A stretch of 64,000 nucleotides of DNA from Candidatus Bathyarchaeia archaeon (GTDB lineage: Archaea; Thermoproteota; Bathyarchaeia; TCS64): positions 32,001 to 96,000 of the forward strand of contig JBEKDF010000003.1 in the NCBI GenBank assembly GCA_050014495.1. The letters are read 5' to 3'. Of this stretch, positions 1 to 9,591 are shown in pieces (the stretch's first letter is position 1; every line of letters begins with the position of its first letter). The notes below the pieces were generated by a model. It saw only the letters and a program-made list of their open reading frames with translations. It had not been told where the DNA came from and did no database searches. Made by a program: the position numbers and the translations under genes.

Positions 1-43
1 CTTAATGATCTTTTCTAAGAATCCGTATTAGATAATAGCGAGG

Positions 44-982
44 CTAGCTGACCATCTGTGGTTCCTCATCCGCTTTCTTATCTCTGAAGAAGAGGGAAAT
101 TAATATGAAAAACCCGATGATTCCAAGCACTATACCCATATTCCAAAGTATTGGCACCTCAATTCCAAACAATGTAGCGAATGTTTTCACACCTAGGTAT
201 GCGAGAACCAAGGCGAGACCTTTACTCAGGTACTTAAGTTCACTCATAGCGTGAGCAACTACAAAATAAAGGGCTCGTAACCCTAAGACCGCCATTATAT
301 TGCTCGTATACGCTGTGAAGAACTCACCTGTAATCGTAAGTACTGCTGGTACCGAATCAAGGGCGAACAGAATGTCCGTCGTCTCTATGACGAGCAGGAC
401 AATGATGAGAGGAGTGCATTTTAGAACCCCATCGATTTTAACCAAGAACTGGTCATCATGGTATTCTTCACATATTGGTAAGAATTTCTTTGCGAACTTG
501 ACAACGAAGTTGTCACCAGGGTTCGTCGCCTCATTGCCTCCTCTGAGAAGCTTGTACGCTGAATAGAGAAGGACTACTCCGAAGACGTATATTATCCAAT
601 TAAAGTTCTCGATGAGGTCGACGCCCACGAAGATGAAGGTAGCTCTTAATAAAATGGCCCCAAGTATCCCGAAGAATAGGGGCTTATGCTGCTTCGCAAA
701 AGGGACACCAAAATAACTGAAGATCACTATAAAGACGAATAAGTTATCGACGCTGAGAGCGAGCTCTGTGACATAAGCGGTTACATACTTTATACCCTCC
801 TCCTGCCCAAAGTTTAGGTAAATATATCCACCTAGTGAGACAGCGATACCAATTATTAGTATACTCCAGATAATATTACTATGAAGCGTTGGTTGTTTCT
901 TCTTTGGCAGGAGGTCATATACAAGTAATAATATGATAATGAGATGAAATAGGACCCAGAACAGCAGGGGGACTTCAACCAA
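44..982 (-). CDS. TerC/Alx family membrane protein
   Basis: Multi-TM protein with ELALSVDNLFVF and IETTDILFALDSVPA TerC motifs. Confidence 0.9.
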   Translation of the reverse strand: MVEVPLLFWVLFHLIIILLLVYDLLPKKKQPTLHSNIIWSILIIGIAVSLGGYIYLNFGQEEGIKYVTAYVTELALSVDNLFVFIVIFSYFGVPFAKQHKPLFFGILGAILLRATFIFVGVDLIENFNWIIYVFGVVLLYSAYKLLRGGNEATNPGDNFVVKFAKKFLPICEEYHDDQFLVKIDGVLKCTPLIIVLLVIETTDILFALDSVPAVLTITGEFFTAYTSNIMAVLGLRALYFVVAHAMSELKYLSKGLALVLAYLGVKTFATLFGIEVPILWNMGIVLGIIGFFILISLFFRDKKADEEPQMVS

Positions 983-1095
983 ATCAAATAGTCCTCCAGA
1001 TTGAATTCTCCGTGCTAAATAACCCGACCTCCTAAAAGGATTTGGGTGACTCTAATAGATGTTAAAACCGAGAAGGTCATTTTTAAACGATTGAT

Positions 1096-1758
1096 TTGTT
1101 CAAGAAGGGTAAGGTCGATCTTCAGTTTATCCGGGAGAGGCTAAACTCAAGTTTACTAAGCGACGTCCTCGATGGAATGGGAATAAGGAATCAGTGCATG
1201 GCGGAATCGATACGCCCGATGTACCCTGGAGCAGTCATAGTTGGGAACGCCCACACGATGCTTATGGTTGACATTCACGAACCTGAACAGGACACTTTCA
1301 AACTTCAGCTCGAAGGAATAGACGCTCTGAAGAAAGATGACCTCATGGTAGTCGCCTCTAATGGCTCAACATCAGCTGCCCTCTGGGGTGAGCTGCTCTC
1401 CACCGCAGCACGAATCAGGGGGGCTTCTGGCGCTGTCATCGATGGTCTCTCCAGAGATATTGGACAGATCGAGGAGATGAAATTCCCTGTTTTTGCTGCT
1501 GGCGTACGCCCGATAAGTAGCAAGGGGCGGGTAGTTTCCATTGGCTACGGATGTAGGATCAGGTGCGGGGGAGTCAACGTCGAGGAGGGGGACCTCATAG
1601 TAGGCGATATTGACGGGGTCACAGTGGTCCCTGACACTGCAGCAGAGGAGGCGGTGGAGCGTGCCCTTGAAAAAGCTACTAGCGAAAGAAAAACTAGAAA
1701 GGAGCTACTAAAGGGTTCCACACTCAGCGCTGTATATGCCAAGTATGGCACAATCTAG
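1096..1758 (+). CDS. RraA/HMG-aldolase family protein
   Basis: ALWGELLS...GAVIDG..RD motif and GDLIVGDIDGV. Confidence 0.85.
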   Translation: MFKKGKVDLQFIRERLNSSLLSDVLDGMGIRNQCMAESIRPMYPGAVIVGNAHTMLMVDIHEPEQDTFKLQLEGIDALKKDDLMVVASNGSTSAALWGELLSTAARIRGASGAVIDGLSRDIGQIEEMKFPVFAAGVRPISSKGRVVSIGYGCRIRCGGVNVEEGDLIVGDIDGVTVVPDTAAEEAVERALEKATSERKTRKELLKGSTLSAVYAKYGTI

Positions 1759-1829
1759 TGATACTCCTGTAGATTTAGCAAACTCCAAAGTAACCCCTAG
1801 GGGGCTAACGGAGCGAGCGCGATATAAAG

Positions 1830-2080
1830 GATGACAGAATAGCAGGACGAGGGTAAAGATAAACATCTTTTTCGATGTAAGGTATTTCTCTCTTGATATT
1901 AAAGAAGCTAAGAATAACACGAGTTAGTTCCTTTCTCAACTCGCAAAGATTAGAAAATGCCCTTGCGCATGATACCAGAGGAGGATCGTAGAACTTGACA
2001 TCTACTTTCTCAGTCACTATGGTTTTAGAATCTTTGTGAATCTTAAAATAGTCTAACCAATTATGAGAATCAAGCAAGGC
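1830..2080 (-). pseudogene. possible degraded PIN/VapC remnant
   Basis: LLDSHNWLDYF resembles a PIN N-terminus (xLDS.AW.EYF); continuation appears split over two frames; AT-rich. Confidence 0.25.
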
Positions 2081-3113
2081 TGAAGAGGAACCGTGGCGTC
2101 TTTGCGGTGCAACCTTCACGGCGGTAGTCGATGCTTTTTTTGACTTTGCCCGATTCGATAAGTTCGTCTAGGGTATCTATGAGAGGGTTTACGATACTAA
2201 CTCCATAGTCACGGCATAGGACATCCCATTCCTCTTGGTCTAGACCGTAAGCCTTCGCCCAATGAGTCTTATCTAGGGAGTACCATAGGCGATGGAAGTC
2301 TAGATCTGATACGCCGAGGATGCTAAGGATCCCCTCCTTGAGTATCCTCTTATTCAGCTTCAAATCAGCGACCTTGTAATCAGGGTCGAGGACTTCGACG
2401 TCGGATTTGCCACGAGTAAGCTTTATGAGGGAGTTCTTCGGTGTCTGGTAGATCTTTTTCAGGTCACTCTTGACAGGTTCGAGGCCAACCTTGCTGCTAG
2501 CCCACATAACTTCATCCTTGCCGATGCCTATGTAGCAGGGCTGCCACCTGTTTGCGAGCCAGATCGTGTCGGATTCCCTTTCGCTTATGAGGCAGAGTAA
2601 GACTTGACCTGTTAACTTTGGCATGACAATGCGTAGTGCCTCGTCGAATCCGGCGCCTTTCTTCACTTCCTCATCAATCATGTGGACAGCTACCTCGCTG
2701 TCAGTTATCCAGTCGACAGAGGGATTGTAGCTCTTAAATTTATGACCGAGTTTGAGTTTAGCCCAATGTTCCTTAAAGTTGGCGATATTACCGTTGTGCA
2801 TCATAGCAATATCTCCAGCATCATTCGTGAAGGGGTGGCACATTGTGTCAATGTCGCAGCGGGGGTCCTCGCGGGCTATGGAACTGTACCTACTGTGGCC
2901 GATACCTACATTTCCCTTGAGTTTTGTTATAATGGTAGACTTCTTCACTGAGATGACTGGTCCCGTTGCCTTCTGAATCTGTATTTTACCTTTGGGATCA
3001 ATAACACCCATACCTGTGGCGTGTGCGCCGAAGTAACCTTCCTGTAGCTCGAGAGCGTTGAGTATGAGCGGCGCTATCGACCTATAGCCAATATACCCGA
3101 CAAGCTGGCACAT
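2070..3113 (-). CDS. class II (Ntn) glutamine amidotransferase with uncharacterised C-terminal domain
   Basis: N-terminal MC, GIGHSRY, HPF, HNGNI and TDSEV motifs; no SIS or PRTase domain. Confidence 0.85.
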   Translation of the reverse strand: MCQLVGYIGYRSIAPLILNALELQEGYFGAHATGMGVIDPKGKIQIQKATGPVISVKKSTIITKLKGNVGIGHSRYSSIAREDPRCDIDTMCHPFTNDAGDIAMMHNGNIANFKEHWAKLKLGHKFKSYNPSVDWITDSEVAVHMIDEEVKKGAGFDEALRIVMPKLTGQVLLCLISERESDTIWLANRWQPCYIGIGKDEVMWASSKVGLEPVKSDLKKIYQTPKNSLIKLTRGKSDVEVLDPDYKVADLKLNKRILKEGILSILGVSDLDFHRLWYSLDKTHWAKAYGLDQEEWDVLCRDYGVSIVNPLIDTLDELIESGKVKKSIDYRREGCTAKTPRFLFSLA

Positions 3114-3204
3114 GGGGGGAGATTAATGCGCCGCTTGTATTAAGAACTGACGATTATAGTAACAAACAATCCATCAGAATGGCTGAGAAATGAGCGATTG
3201 AAGC

Positions 3205-3699
3205 CTAGGCGAGTTTAACGTTTCCCCTCTCGATGGCGGCTGCCCCAGTCCTACTCATCTCCTCTATCCCAATTGGAGCGATCCGCTTCAGGAACTCATT
3301 AATCTCATCGGTGGGTCCAGTGACCTCGGCTATTAATATCTCAGGCTCAACGTCGAGTATAAGACCGTGGTAAGCGTTCACCGTGTTAACAGCTTCGATT
3401 CGCGCAATTGGGTCTGAAGTCTTCAATTTAATCAGGAGAAGTTCCCTACTCAGCGTCCTGATGGGGTCGAGGCGCTTTACCTTGACAACATCGACCATCT
3501 TGTCGAGTTGCTCCACTATCTGGTTGAGGACACGACTTTCCGCGTCGACGACGACAGTCATTCTACTTAGAGGGCTCCCCTCGACTGGACCGACTGTTAG
3601 GCTAGTAATGTTGTATCCTCTACGCCTGAAGAGGTTGGAGACCTTGAAAAGGACGCCAGGCTTATTCTCGACAAGGAAGCTGACTGTATGCAGCGGCAT
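3205..3699 (-). CDS. ilvN: acetolactate synthase small (regulatory) subunit, copy 1
   Basis: ACT domain LVENKPGVL...FRRRGYNI, C-terminal SRTG; adjacent to ilvB. Confidence 0.93.
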   Translation of the reverse strand: MPLHTVSFLVENKPGVLFKVSNLFRRRGYNITSLTVGPVEGSPLSRMTVVVDAESRVLNQIVEQLDKMVDVVKVKRLDPIRTLSRELLLIKLKTSDPIARIEAVNTVNAYHGLILDVEPEILIAEVTGPTDEINEFLKRIAPIGIEEMSRTGAAAIERGNVKLA

Positions 3700-3700
3700 A

Positions 3701-5386
3701 TCATGCGCCTCCTAGGAGGATATCTTTGAGTCCCATGCCCGGTGGGATCATAGGGTAGACATTCTCCTCGGGGTCTATCGGAACATCGATTACTGTTGTC
3801 TGCTTCTCTTTGACGCTTCGCCTGATGGCTACTTCTATCTCCTTTATAGAGTCCACCTTTACCCCCGTTGCCCCATAGGTCTCGGCGAGCTTCGCGAAAT
3901 CTGGGTGCATTGGTCTCTTTATAGTGCTATATCTACGGTTGTAGAATAGGCGCTGCCACTGGGCGACCATTCCTAAGACGCCGTTGTTTAGTATTACGAC
4001 TGTTATGGGAAATCCCTCATCGACGGCTAGTGCTAAGTTGTTCTCCGTCATAGCGAAACTGCCATCTCCCGAGATGTTGAGGACAGGGAGATCCGGCCTC
4101 GCAGCCTTAGCCCCGATGGCTGCTGGTGTGCCCCATCCCATCGTGCCTAGTCCCCCACTTGTGAAGAACTCACCTGGGCCTCGGACATCGTAGTGCTGCG
4201 CCGCCCACATTTGGTGCTGCCCCACATCGGTGACCACAATGCTATCTGGTGGCATCGCCCTTCTGATAGCCTTGATTACCTCTGGACCCGAGAGTGGTGA
4301 GTCGCTGTCCAAGATGTTTGTTTGTGCTCTGAGCTCCGCTATACGCTTCACAAGAACGACATCAGTTGGCATTGTAGATCTCTGCTGGGCGATCTTCTCC
4401 CTAATTCCCCTGATAGCTATCTTAGCGTCCCCAACTATGCGGGTGATGCTGTCAACGTTCTTGTCTATCTCACTCCGATCGACGTCGATGTGAATTATCC
4501 TCGCGTTTGGAGCGAAGCCACTGAGGGCACCTGTTGTGCGGTCGCTGAAGCGTGCCCCGACTACGAGGAGGACGTCGGCTTCTGGTACTATGTAGTTTGC
4601 CTCGATGCGTCCATGCATGCCACAGAGACCGAGGCATAGTGGATGGTTGCTTGGTATAGCCCCCTTACCCATTAAGCTGTGAGCTACAGGCGCTTGGAGC
4701 ATTTCAGCGAGTTCAACTAACTCCATCGTTGCTCCCGAAGCTATCGCTCCCCCGCCCGCAATAATGACGGGTCTACGCGCCTTCGAGAGTAGAGTCGCAG
4801 CCCAATATATCTCCTGAGGATTAGGGTCAGTACCAGGGTGGTAACCACGGAACTCGACCTTATCTGGGAAGATCATATCTGCCCTGTCAGTCTGAGTGTC
4901 CTTTGGGATGTCGACAAGTACTGCTCCCTTCCTCCCCGTAGAAGAGAGATAAAATGCTGACTTGATGGCGTGCGGTATCTCCGCAGCCTCCATGACCTGT
5001 ATATTATGCTTGGTGACGGAGGCGGTGATACCTATTATATCAACCTCCTGGAAGGCGTCTGTGCCAACCATGTTTAATGGGACCTGCCCAGTGAGTGCAA
5101 CGACGGACGAAGAGTCGAGTTGTGCAGTTGCGAGGCCTGTTACTATGTTCGTAGCTCCCGGGCCACTCGTAACCTGCACTACGCCGGGTCTTCCGGAGAC
5201 GCGCGCGTAGCCGTCCGCCATGTGAGTGGAGCCTTGCTCATGGACTCCGCCGACGTAGCGGATCTTCGAATTAAGCAGTTCGTCGCATATTGGCATGATC
5301 GCAGCGCCAGTAATACCGAAGAGATACTCGACGCCCTCCCTCTCAAGCGCCTTCACATAAGCCTCAGCGCCAGTCATTTCAGGCAT
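3701..5386 (-). CDS. ilvB: acetolactate synthase large subunit, copy 1
   Basis: HEQG, TSGPGATN, GTDAFQE, DVGQHQMW, GDGSF...NN TPP motif; start set at MPEMTG (5386) after AAGGAG. Confidence 0.95.
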   Translation of the reverse strand: MPEMTGAEAYVKALEREGVEYLFGITGAAIMPICDELLNSKIRYVGGVHEQGSTHMADGYARVSGRPGVVQVTSGPGATNIVTGLATAQLDSSSVVALTGQVPLNMVGTDAFQEVDIIGITASVTKHNIQVMEAAEIPHAIKSAFYLSSTGRKGAVLVDIPKDTQTDRADMIFPDKVEFRGYHPGTDPNPQEIYWAATLLSKARRPVIIAGGGAIASGATMELVELAEMLQAPVAHSLMGKGAIPSNHPLCLGLCGMHGRIEANYIVPEADVLLVVGARFSDRTTGALSGFAPNARIIHIDVDRSEIDKNVDSITRIVGDAKIAIRGIREKIAQQRSTMPTDVVLVKRIAELRAQTNILDSDSPLSGPEVIKAIRRAMPPDSIVVTDVGQHQMWAAQHYDVRGPGEFFTSGGLGTMGWGTPAAIGAKAARPDLPVLNISGDGSFAMTENNLALAVDEGFPITVVILNNGVLGMVAQWQRLFYNRRYSTIKRPMHPDFAKLAETYGATGVKVDSIKEIEVAIRRSVKEKQTTVIDVPIDPEENVYPMIPPGMGLKDILLGGA

Positions 5387-5451
5387 AAATGGATACTCCT
5401 TGATACTTTTCTCGTTTCGATGATCCATAAATCGTAGTCTCGGATGGATAT

Positions 5452-5478
5452 CTAGTGGCTAAGAATACGATTCCCCAT
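5452..5478 (-). other. leader mini-ORF 2 of ilvB copy 1 (MGNRILSH)
   Basis: ATG GGG AAT CGT ATT CTT AGC CAC TAG, starting immediately after the stop of mini-ORF 1. Confidence 0.45.
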
Positions 5479-5523
5479 TCAACTATCCCCCATATTCGGG
5501 GGCTCAACAAAGCAATACCCCAT
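5479..5523 (-). other. leader mini-ORF 1 of ilvB copy 1 (MGYCFVEPPNMGDS) with internal hairpin
   Basis: 45-nt ATG..TGA unit containing the CCCCC-GAATAT-GGGGG hairpin; mirrored at 25346-25390. Confidence 0.45.
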
Positions 5524-5590
5524 GTTTCATCCTCCCAACAGGGATGTAAGCTATCCAAACAATGATTCGAATAAAAGGGTTTGGAGAAGA

Positions 5591-7246
5591 CTACTTCTGG
5601 GCTAAATTAATGACCGCGGAGACGAGCGCCTCCTCTGTGTCTGAGTGAATGATCCTTATGCGATAGAGCTCGGCGAGTCTTAGTTCCTCAGTCTTGATGG
5701 GCATGAGGGAGGCGATGAGGTATCTCGCAGAGGCGATGTCGGGGATAACATTGCTCTTCTCAATAATCTTGTTGTAGATCGGCTCATTTAAGACGACATC
5801 TATACAGAGGCGACTATCCTCGATGGTGGGGTCCATGGCAAGGATGTCAAAGTCATAATTCTTGGATGATTTCCCGATGACAATACCTGGGGCCTCAGCT
5901 TCCCAACCAGCCTCCTCAAATCCAACCTTGATCTTCTTTGATAGAAGCTCGGCCCTCCTCCGTTGGGCTGCGAGACGAAGTCTCTCCTGCAGAGGCTTGC
6001 CAAGTTCCCAGTAGTCCTTGAAAACAAGCATCATCGTCCCCACATATGCAGACATATTGGACCAGATGGTGCGATTCTGCGATACGGCGTATGGCACGTT
6101 GAGGAGGACCTCCTTTCCGTCAATTGCTACGAATACGAGGTCGGTAACGGCAGCGTTCTCCGAGACAACTATCGGGGTGTCTGCGATTCTACTCACCTCC
6201 GGTAAAGTTTCATTATCTGTTCGGGTTAATAGCCTCATTTTGATACCATTTCTCGCCATATCCTCAAGCATGGAGAGCGGTACAGGGAGCGTTGTCGCGT
6301 TCCTAGCGATAATGTCTATTGATTGACTGGCCTTAGCTATCATCTCACTGAAGATTGTCGCATACTCCTCTCGCGTAGTATAAGTCCTGATTTCAGGTGT
6401 AGCTTCCCCCGTCTTGATTGACTCTATAACGAGCTCTGCATCTGGGGCAAGGCTCCAAAGTGCATCATAGAATATCCCCAGGGCTTCCACATAGCTTGGC
6501 GCGTCTGTCCAAAGGCCTGTGTCGGAATTCGTAGTCATGCTCATGGAGTCGTCCATGGCGACTGTTGTGAGGGCTTCCCCCTTATCGATTATAGCGAATC
6601 TTATCGGATTCTGGAGGGTTATGTGACGGGTCTCAGTAAAGCTACTGTATGGCTCAACTTCCTTCCAGTTCTCTATATCAATTTGGGTGAGAATCCTGAT
6701 CTTCTTCCCTTGCCTGTTTAACGCTTTCAGTTTGTCATCAAGCCCCCATAGACTGAGGCGAGCGAGGTCACTTGTCGTTGTGACAAGCCTGACTGTCTCA
6801 TGGGTCCTGTCGTACATTTCAAGGAGAAGTTCGAGAACCTGCTGTCTACCCTGGAATATGCGGAACCTCGGCTCCTCTGGACGCTGCTCCGAACCACGGG
6901 CAAGGTTCTCCCACTCCCTTATGAAGGTGTCCTGATTTACCTCGAGATCGGTGAGCGTCTGGCGGAGACCCCCCAATTGACGGTCTATGACACTTCTCAG
7001 TGGGGCAGCGATGAACTTGACAGGCCTCCCCATGACTCGCTGGACGAACTCCTTCTCTTCTAACACCTTTAGGCTCCTGTAAGCCTTCATGCGGTTTAAG
7101 TTGAATCTCCTGGCGACAACTCGCGCGGGTGTTGGACCCGATGCTGAAAGGAAGACGTAAATTTCTGCCTCCTCCTTTTCGAGTCCAAAGCTCTTTAGCT
7201 TGCCTGCGAGCCTCTCGGTAGCCATGGTTTTGTTCTTTCCATCCAT
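5591..7246 (-). CDS. TrmB-family transcriptional regulator (wHTH, two effector-like domains, C-terminal PD-(D/E)XK-like domain)
   Basis: FGL...EAEIYVFL, Y..LK.LEEK.FV....GRP.KFIA, QGRQQV, DxxEAL repeats; C-terminal GKSSKNYDFDILA. Confidence 0.8.
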   Translation of the reverse strand: MDGKNKTMATERLAGKLKSFGLEKEEAEIYVFLSASGPTPARVVARRFNLNRMKAYRSLKVLEEKEFVQRVMGRPVKFIAAPLRSVIDRQLGGLRQTLTDLEVNQDTFIREWENLARGSEQRPEEPRFRIFQGRQQVLELLLEMYDRTHETVRLVTTTSDLARLSLWGLDDKLKALNRQGKKIRILTQIDIENWKEVEPYSSFTETRHITLQNPIRFAIIDKGEALTTVAMDDSMSMTTNSDTGLWTDAPSYVEALGIFYDALWSLAPDAELVIESIKTGEATPEIRTYTTREEYATIFSEMIAKASQSIDIIARNATTLPVPLSMLEDMARNGIKMRLLTRTDNETLPEVSRIADTPIVVSENAAVTDLVFVAIDGKEVLLNVPYAVSQNRTIWSNMSAYVGTMMLVFKDYWELGKPLQERLRLAAQRRRAELLSKKIKVGFEEAGWEAEAPGIVIGKSSKNYDFDILAMDPTIEDSRLCIDVVLNEPIYNKIIEKSNVIPDIASARYLIASLMPIKTEELRLAELYRIRIIHSDTEEALVSAVINLAQK

Positions 7247-7348
7247 CTTTTAAATTGTTCGTTCATTTGTTACAATCAATATGTACGTTCTATTGTTACT
7301 GATCTAAGGTTATCCCTGCGACACCGGAGCTAAGTTCAGGCGTGTGTC

Positions 7349-7615
7349 ATGAAGAGGCTCATACTAAGGAGCAAGGACAATTTGTGGCCGACTGTAGTGT
7401 GGCAGGGATCGCAGCTCGTCGTCTATTATTTAGGCGAAGACGAGGACGATGTCGAGATAAGGGAGACGCGCGAGTTAGATTTCGAGGAATTCTTCCTACA
7501 TCTCGACCGTGGTGGCTCAGTGTTTGTAACCATGAACCCCCACTCGGAGTTACCTTATCTCAATTGTCCTCTAGTATCAGAGCCAGGGGATGAGCTTCTT
7601 CAGGACAATTTTTGA
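7349..7615 (+). CDS. small acidic hypothetical protein upstream of TFB
   Basis: ATG-started 88-aa ORF directly upstream of and co-oriented with tfb. Confidence 0.55.
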   Translation: MKRLILRSKDNLWPTVVWQGSQLVVYYLGEDEDDVEIRETRELDFEEFFLHLDRGGSVFVTMNPHSELPYLNCPLVSEPGDELLQDNF

Positions 7616-7634
7616 ACTATGGAGCGTGTGAAAA

Positions 7635-8585
7635 ATGGAAGAAGCGTTTAGTCACGTATGTCCGAAGTGTCAAAGTACTCGTATAATCAGGGATCAGGAA
7701 GCTGGCGAAGAGGTCTGCGCGGAGTGTGGGCTCGTCATTGATTCGATTATAGATTCCGGAGCCGAGTGGAGGGCCTTCGAGTTCTCCGAGATTAGCAGAT
7801 CTAGGGCTGGCCACGCCCTAACCCCCTCCCTCTGGGATCAGGGTATGTCGACAAGCTTCAACTGTCTGAGGGACGGAACTGGGAAACCCCTGAACATGAA
7901 GGCGATCGACAAGATGTACCGGCTGAAGAAGTATGACAACCGGTCGAAGGTGAACGATACCCAGGCGAGGAACCTGAGCATCGCCATGGCTGAGCTTAGC
8001 AGACTCTCCACAGCTATTCACCTTCCTGAGAACGCGAAGAATAATGCCGCGACTCTATACAGGAAGGCCTTGAACAGGGACATGATAAGGGGTAGAAGCA
8101 TCGACTCTTTCGTCGCGGCTTGCATCTACGCCTCATGTCGCATGCATGGGATACCTAGGCCGCTTAAGACCATATCAGCTGAGAGTCATCGTGACGTCGG
8201 AGATGTGGCGAGGACCTATCGACTGCTACTTAAGGACCTGGGAATGAAGATGCCTCTCAATGAATCGGAGAAGTTTGTGCCGGGGATCGCCTCCAAACTT
8301 AATCTGAAGAGGGTAACTGAACAGATCGCGGTCGAGATACTCAGGGAAGCGAAGGCTAGACAGGAATTATCTGGGAAGGACCCCAGGGGTCTCGCAGCTG
8401 CCGCCCTCTACCTCAGCTGTGTGAAAAACAGGGACAAGAGGACACAGAAGGAGGTCGCGGAAGCTGCGGGTACTACAGAGGTTACGCTCAGGAATAGGGT
8501 TAAGGGACTCGAGGACGCCGTAGTAGCGAAGACGTTCGACCTACCTTCGATGGCTTACAACCCTATTTTAACCGCCGGAAAATAA
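7635..8585 (+). CDS. tfb: transcription initiation factor IIB
   Basis: CPKC...CAECG Zn ribbon, EWRAF B-reader, two cyclin repeats (RGRSI, GKDP.GLAAAALY, TEVTLRNR). Confidence 0.96.
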   Translation: MEEAFSHVCPKCQSTRIIRDQEAGEEVCAECGLVIDSIIDSGAEWRAFEFSEISRSRAGHALTPSLWDQGMSTSFNCLRDGTGKPLNMKAIDKMYRLKKYDNRSKVNDTQARNLSIAMAELSRLSTAIHLPENAKNNAATLYRKALNRDMIRGRSIDSFVAACIYASCRMHGIPRPLKTISAESHRDVGDVARTYRLLLKDLGMKMPLNESEKFVPGIASKLNLKRVTEQIAVEILREAKARQELSGKDPRGLAAAALYLSCVKNRDKRTQKEVAEAAGTTEVTLRNRVKGLEDAVVAKTFDLPSMAYNPILTAGK

Positions 8586-8658
8586 CTGGGATAGCTATCT
8601 ATCCCTTAGGCGATCCGGGTTTTTCTATTTATTTTGTTATGTGAATATTGATCGCAAG

Positions 8659-9591
8659 TTACAGTTGCTGGAAAACCTCATCCCTGAGGGTGGCGCAGGT
8701 CTCCTTAATCTCGCTCGGAATGCTGCTATGTGGGATCACAATCATCATCTTTAGTCCGAGGTCGCTGCAGGCACGAAGCTTCTCAACCAATACATCAGGG
8801 GTCCCAATGAAGACGTCTTCCGCCACATCTTTGATGATCTTATCCTTCGCGATCTTCTTCAGGATCTCGTCAGTTACCGCCTGTGTCTTCGTCGGAGTTA
8901 TGGTCGTGAAGCCGTGGAGGTAAAAGTCCCTCATCCGTCTTCCGTTCTTCTCTAGCTCTGGTGTGAGAGTCTTCAAATAGCCTCTGATTGCGTTCATATT
9001 CCCGCTCCCATTCATGCCATCAGCGAACTTCGCGGCGATGCTGATCATCCTTGGTTGTCTGGCTCCCACGCTGAGCCTCATTGGCCTCTGAACAGTGCTC
9101 GGTACATTCACCGCCTCCTTGAGCTTCCAGTACTTGCCCTTGAAACTGAAGACCTCGTTGTCGAACATGCCCCTCAGAATCTGGGTGGCTTCCTTGAGTC
9201 GAGTAACTCGCTCACCGGCCTCAGGCATTCCTGCGCCACCTCCCATGAGGTCATAGCCTAGGTACTCTGGTTCATTCCATCCCGCCCCAAGTATTGTCTC
9301 GTATCGTCCGCTCGTCATCACGTCTAGCGTCGTTATCATCTTAGCTAGGACAGCGGGGTTCCTCATGCTATTAAAGAGGGTTATGTGTCCGATCCTGATC
9401 TTTCTAGTCTCGACGCCTATCCCCGCTAAGGCGGTGAAGGCCTCGAGGTAAGGTTCCCTACGATCCCCACTAAGCCCCTCTATGTGATCGTTCAGGAAGA
9501 CACCGAAGAGGCCAAGTTCCTCGGCGTACCTTGAAAGCTCCAGCATGTCCGGATATGTATTTGCTGGTCTGATGTAAAGACTAAATTCCAT
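8659..9591 (-). CDS. luciferase-like (LLM) flavin/F420-dependent oxidoreductase
   Basis: AEELG...NDH, RNPAVLAKM..TLD..TSGR..LGAGW..EY motifs. Confidence 0.88.
   Translation of the reverse strand: MEFSLYIRPANTYPDMLELSRYAEELGLFGVFLNDHIEGLSGDRREPYLEAFTALAGIGVETRKIRIGHITLFNSMRNPAVLAKMITTLDVMTSGRYETILGAGWNEPEYLGYDLMGGGAGMPEAGERVTRLKEATQILRGMFDNEVFSFKGKYWKLKEAVNVPSTVQRPMRLSVGARQPRMISIAAKFADGMNGSGNMNAIRGYLKTLTPELEKNGRRMRDFYLHGFTTITPTKTQAVTDEILKKIAKDKIIKDVAEDVFIGTPDVLVEKLRACSDLGLKMMIVIPHSSIPSEIKETCATLRDEVFQQL

Noticed and set aside
983..1095. yybP-ykoY riboswitch upstream of the TerC/Alx gene
   Set aside because: No recognisable consensus elements in this short divergent intergenic region.
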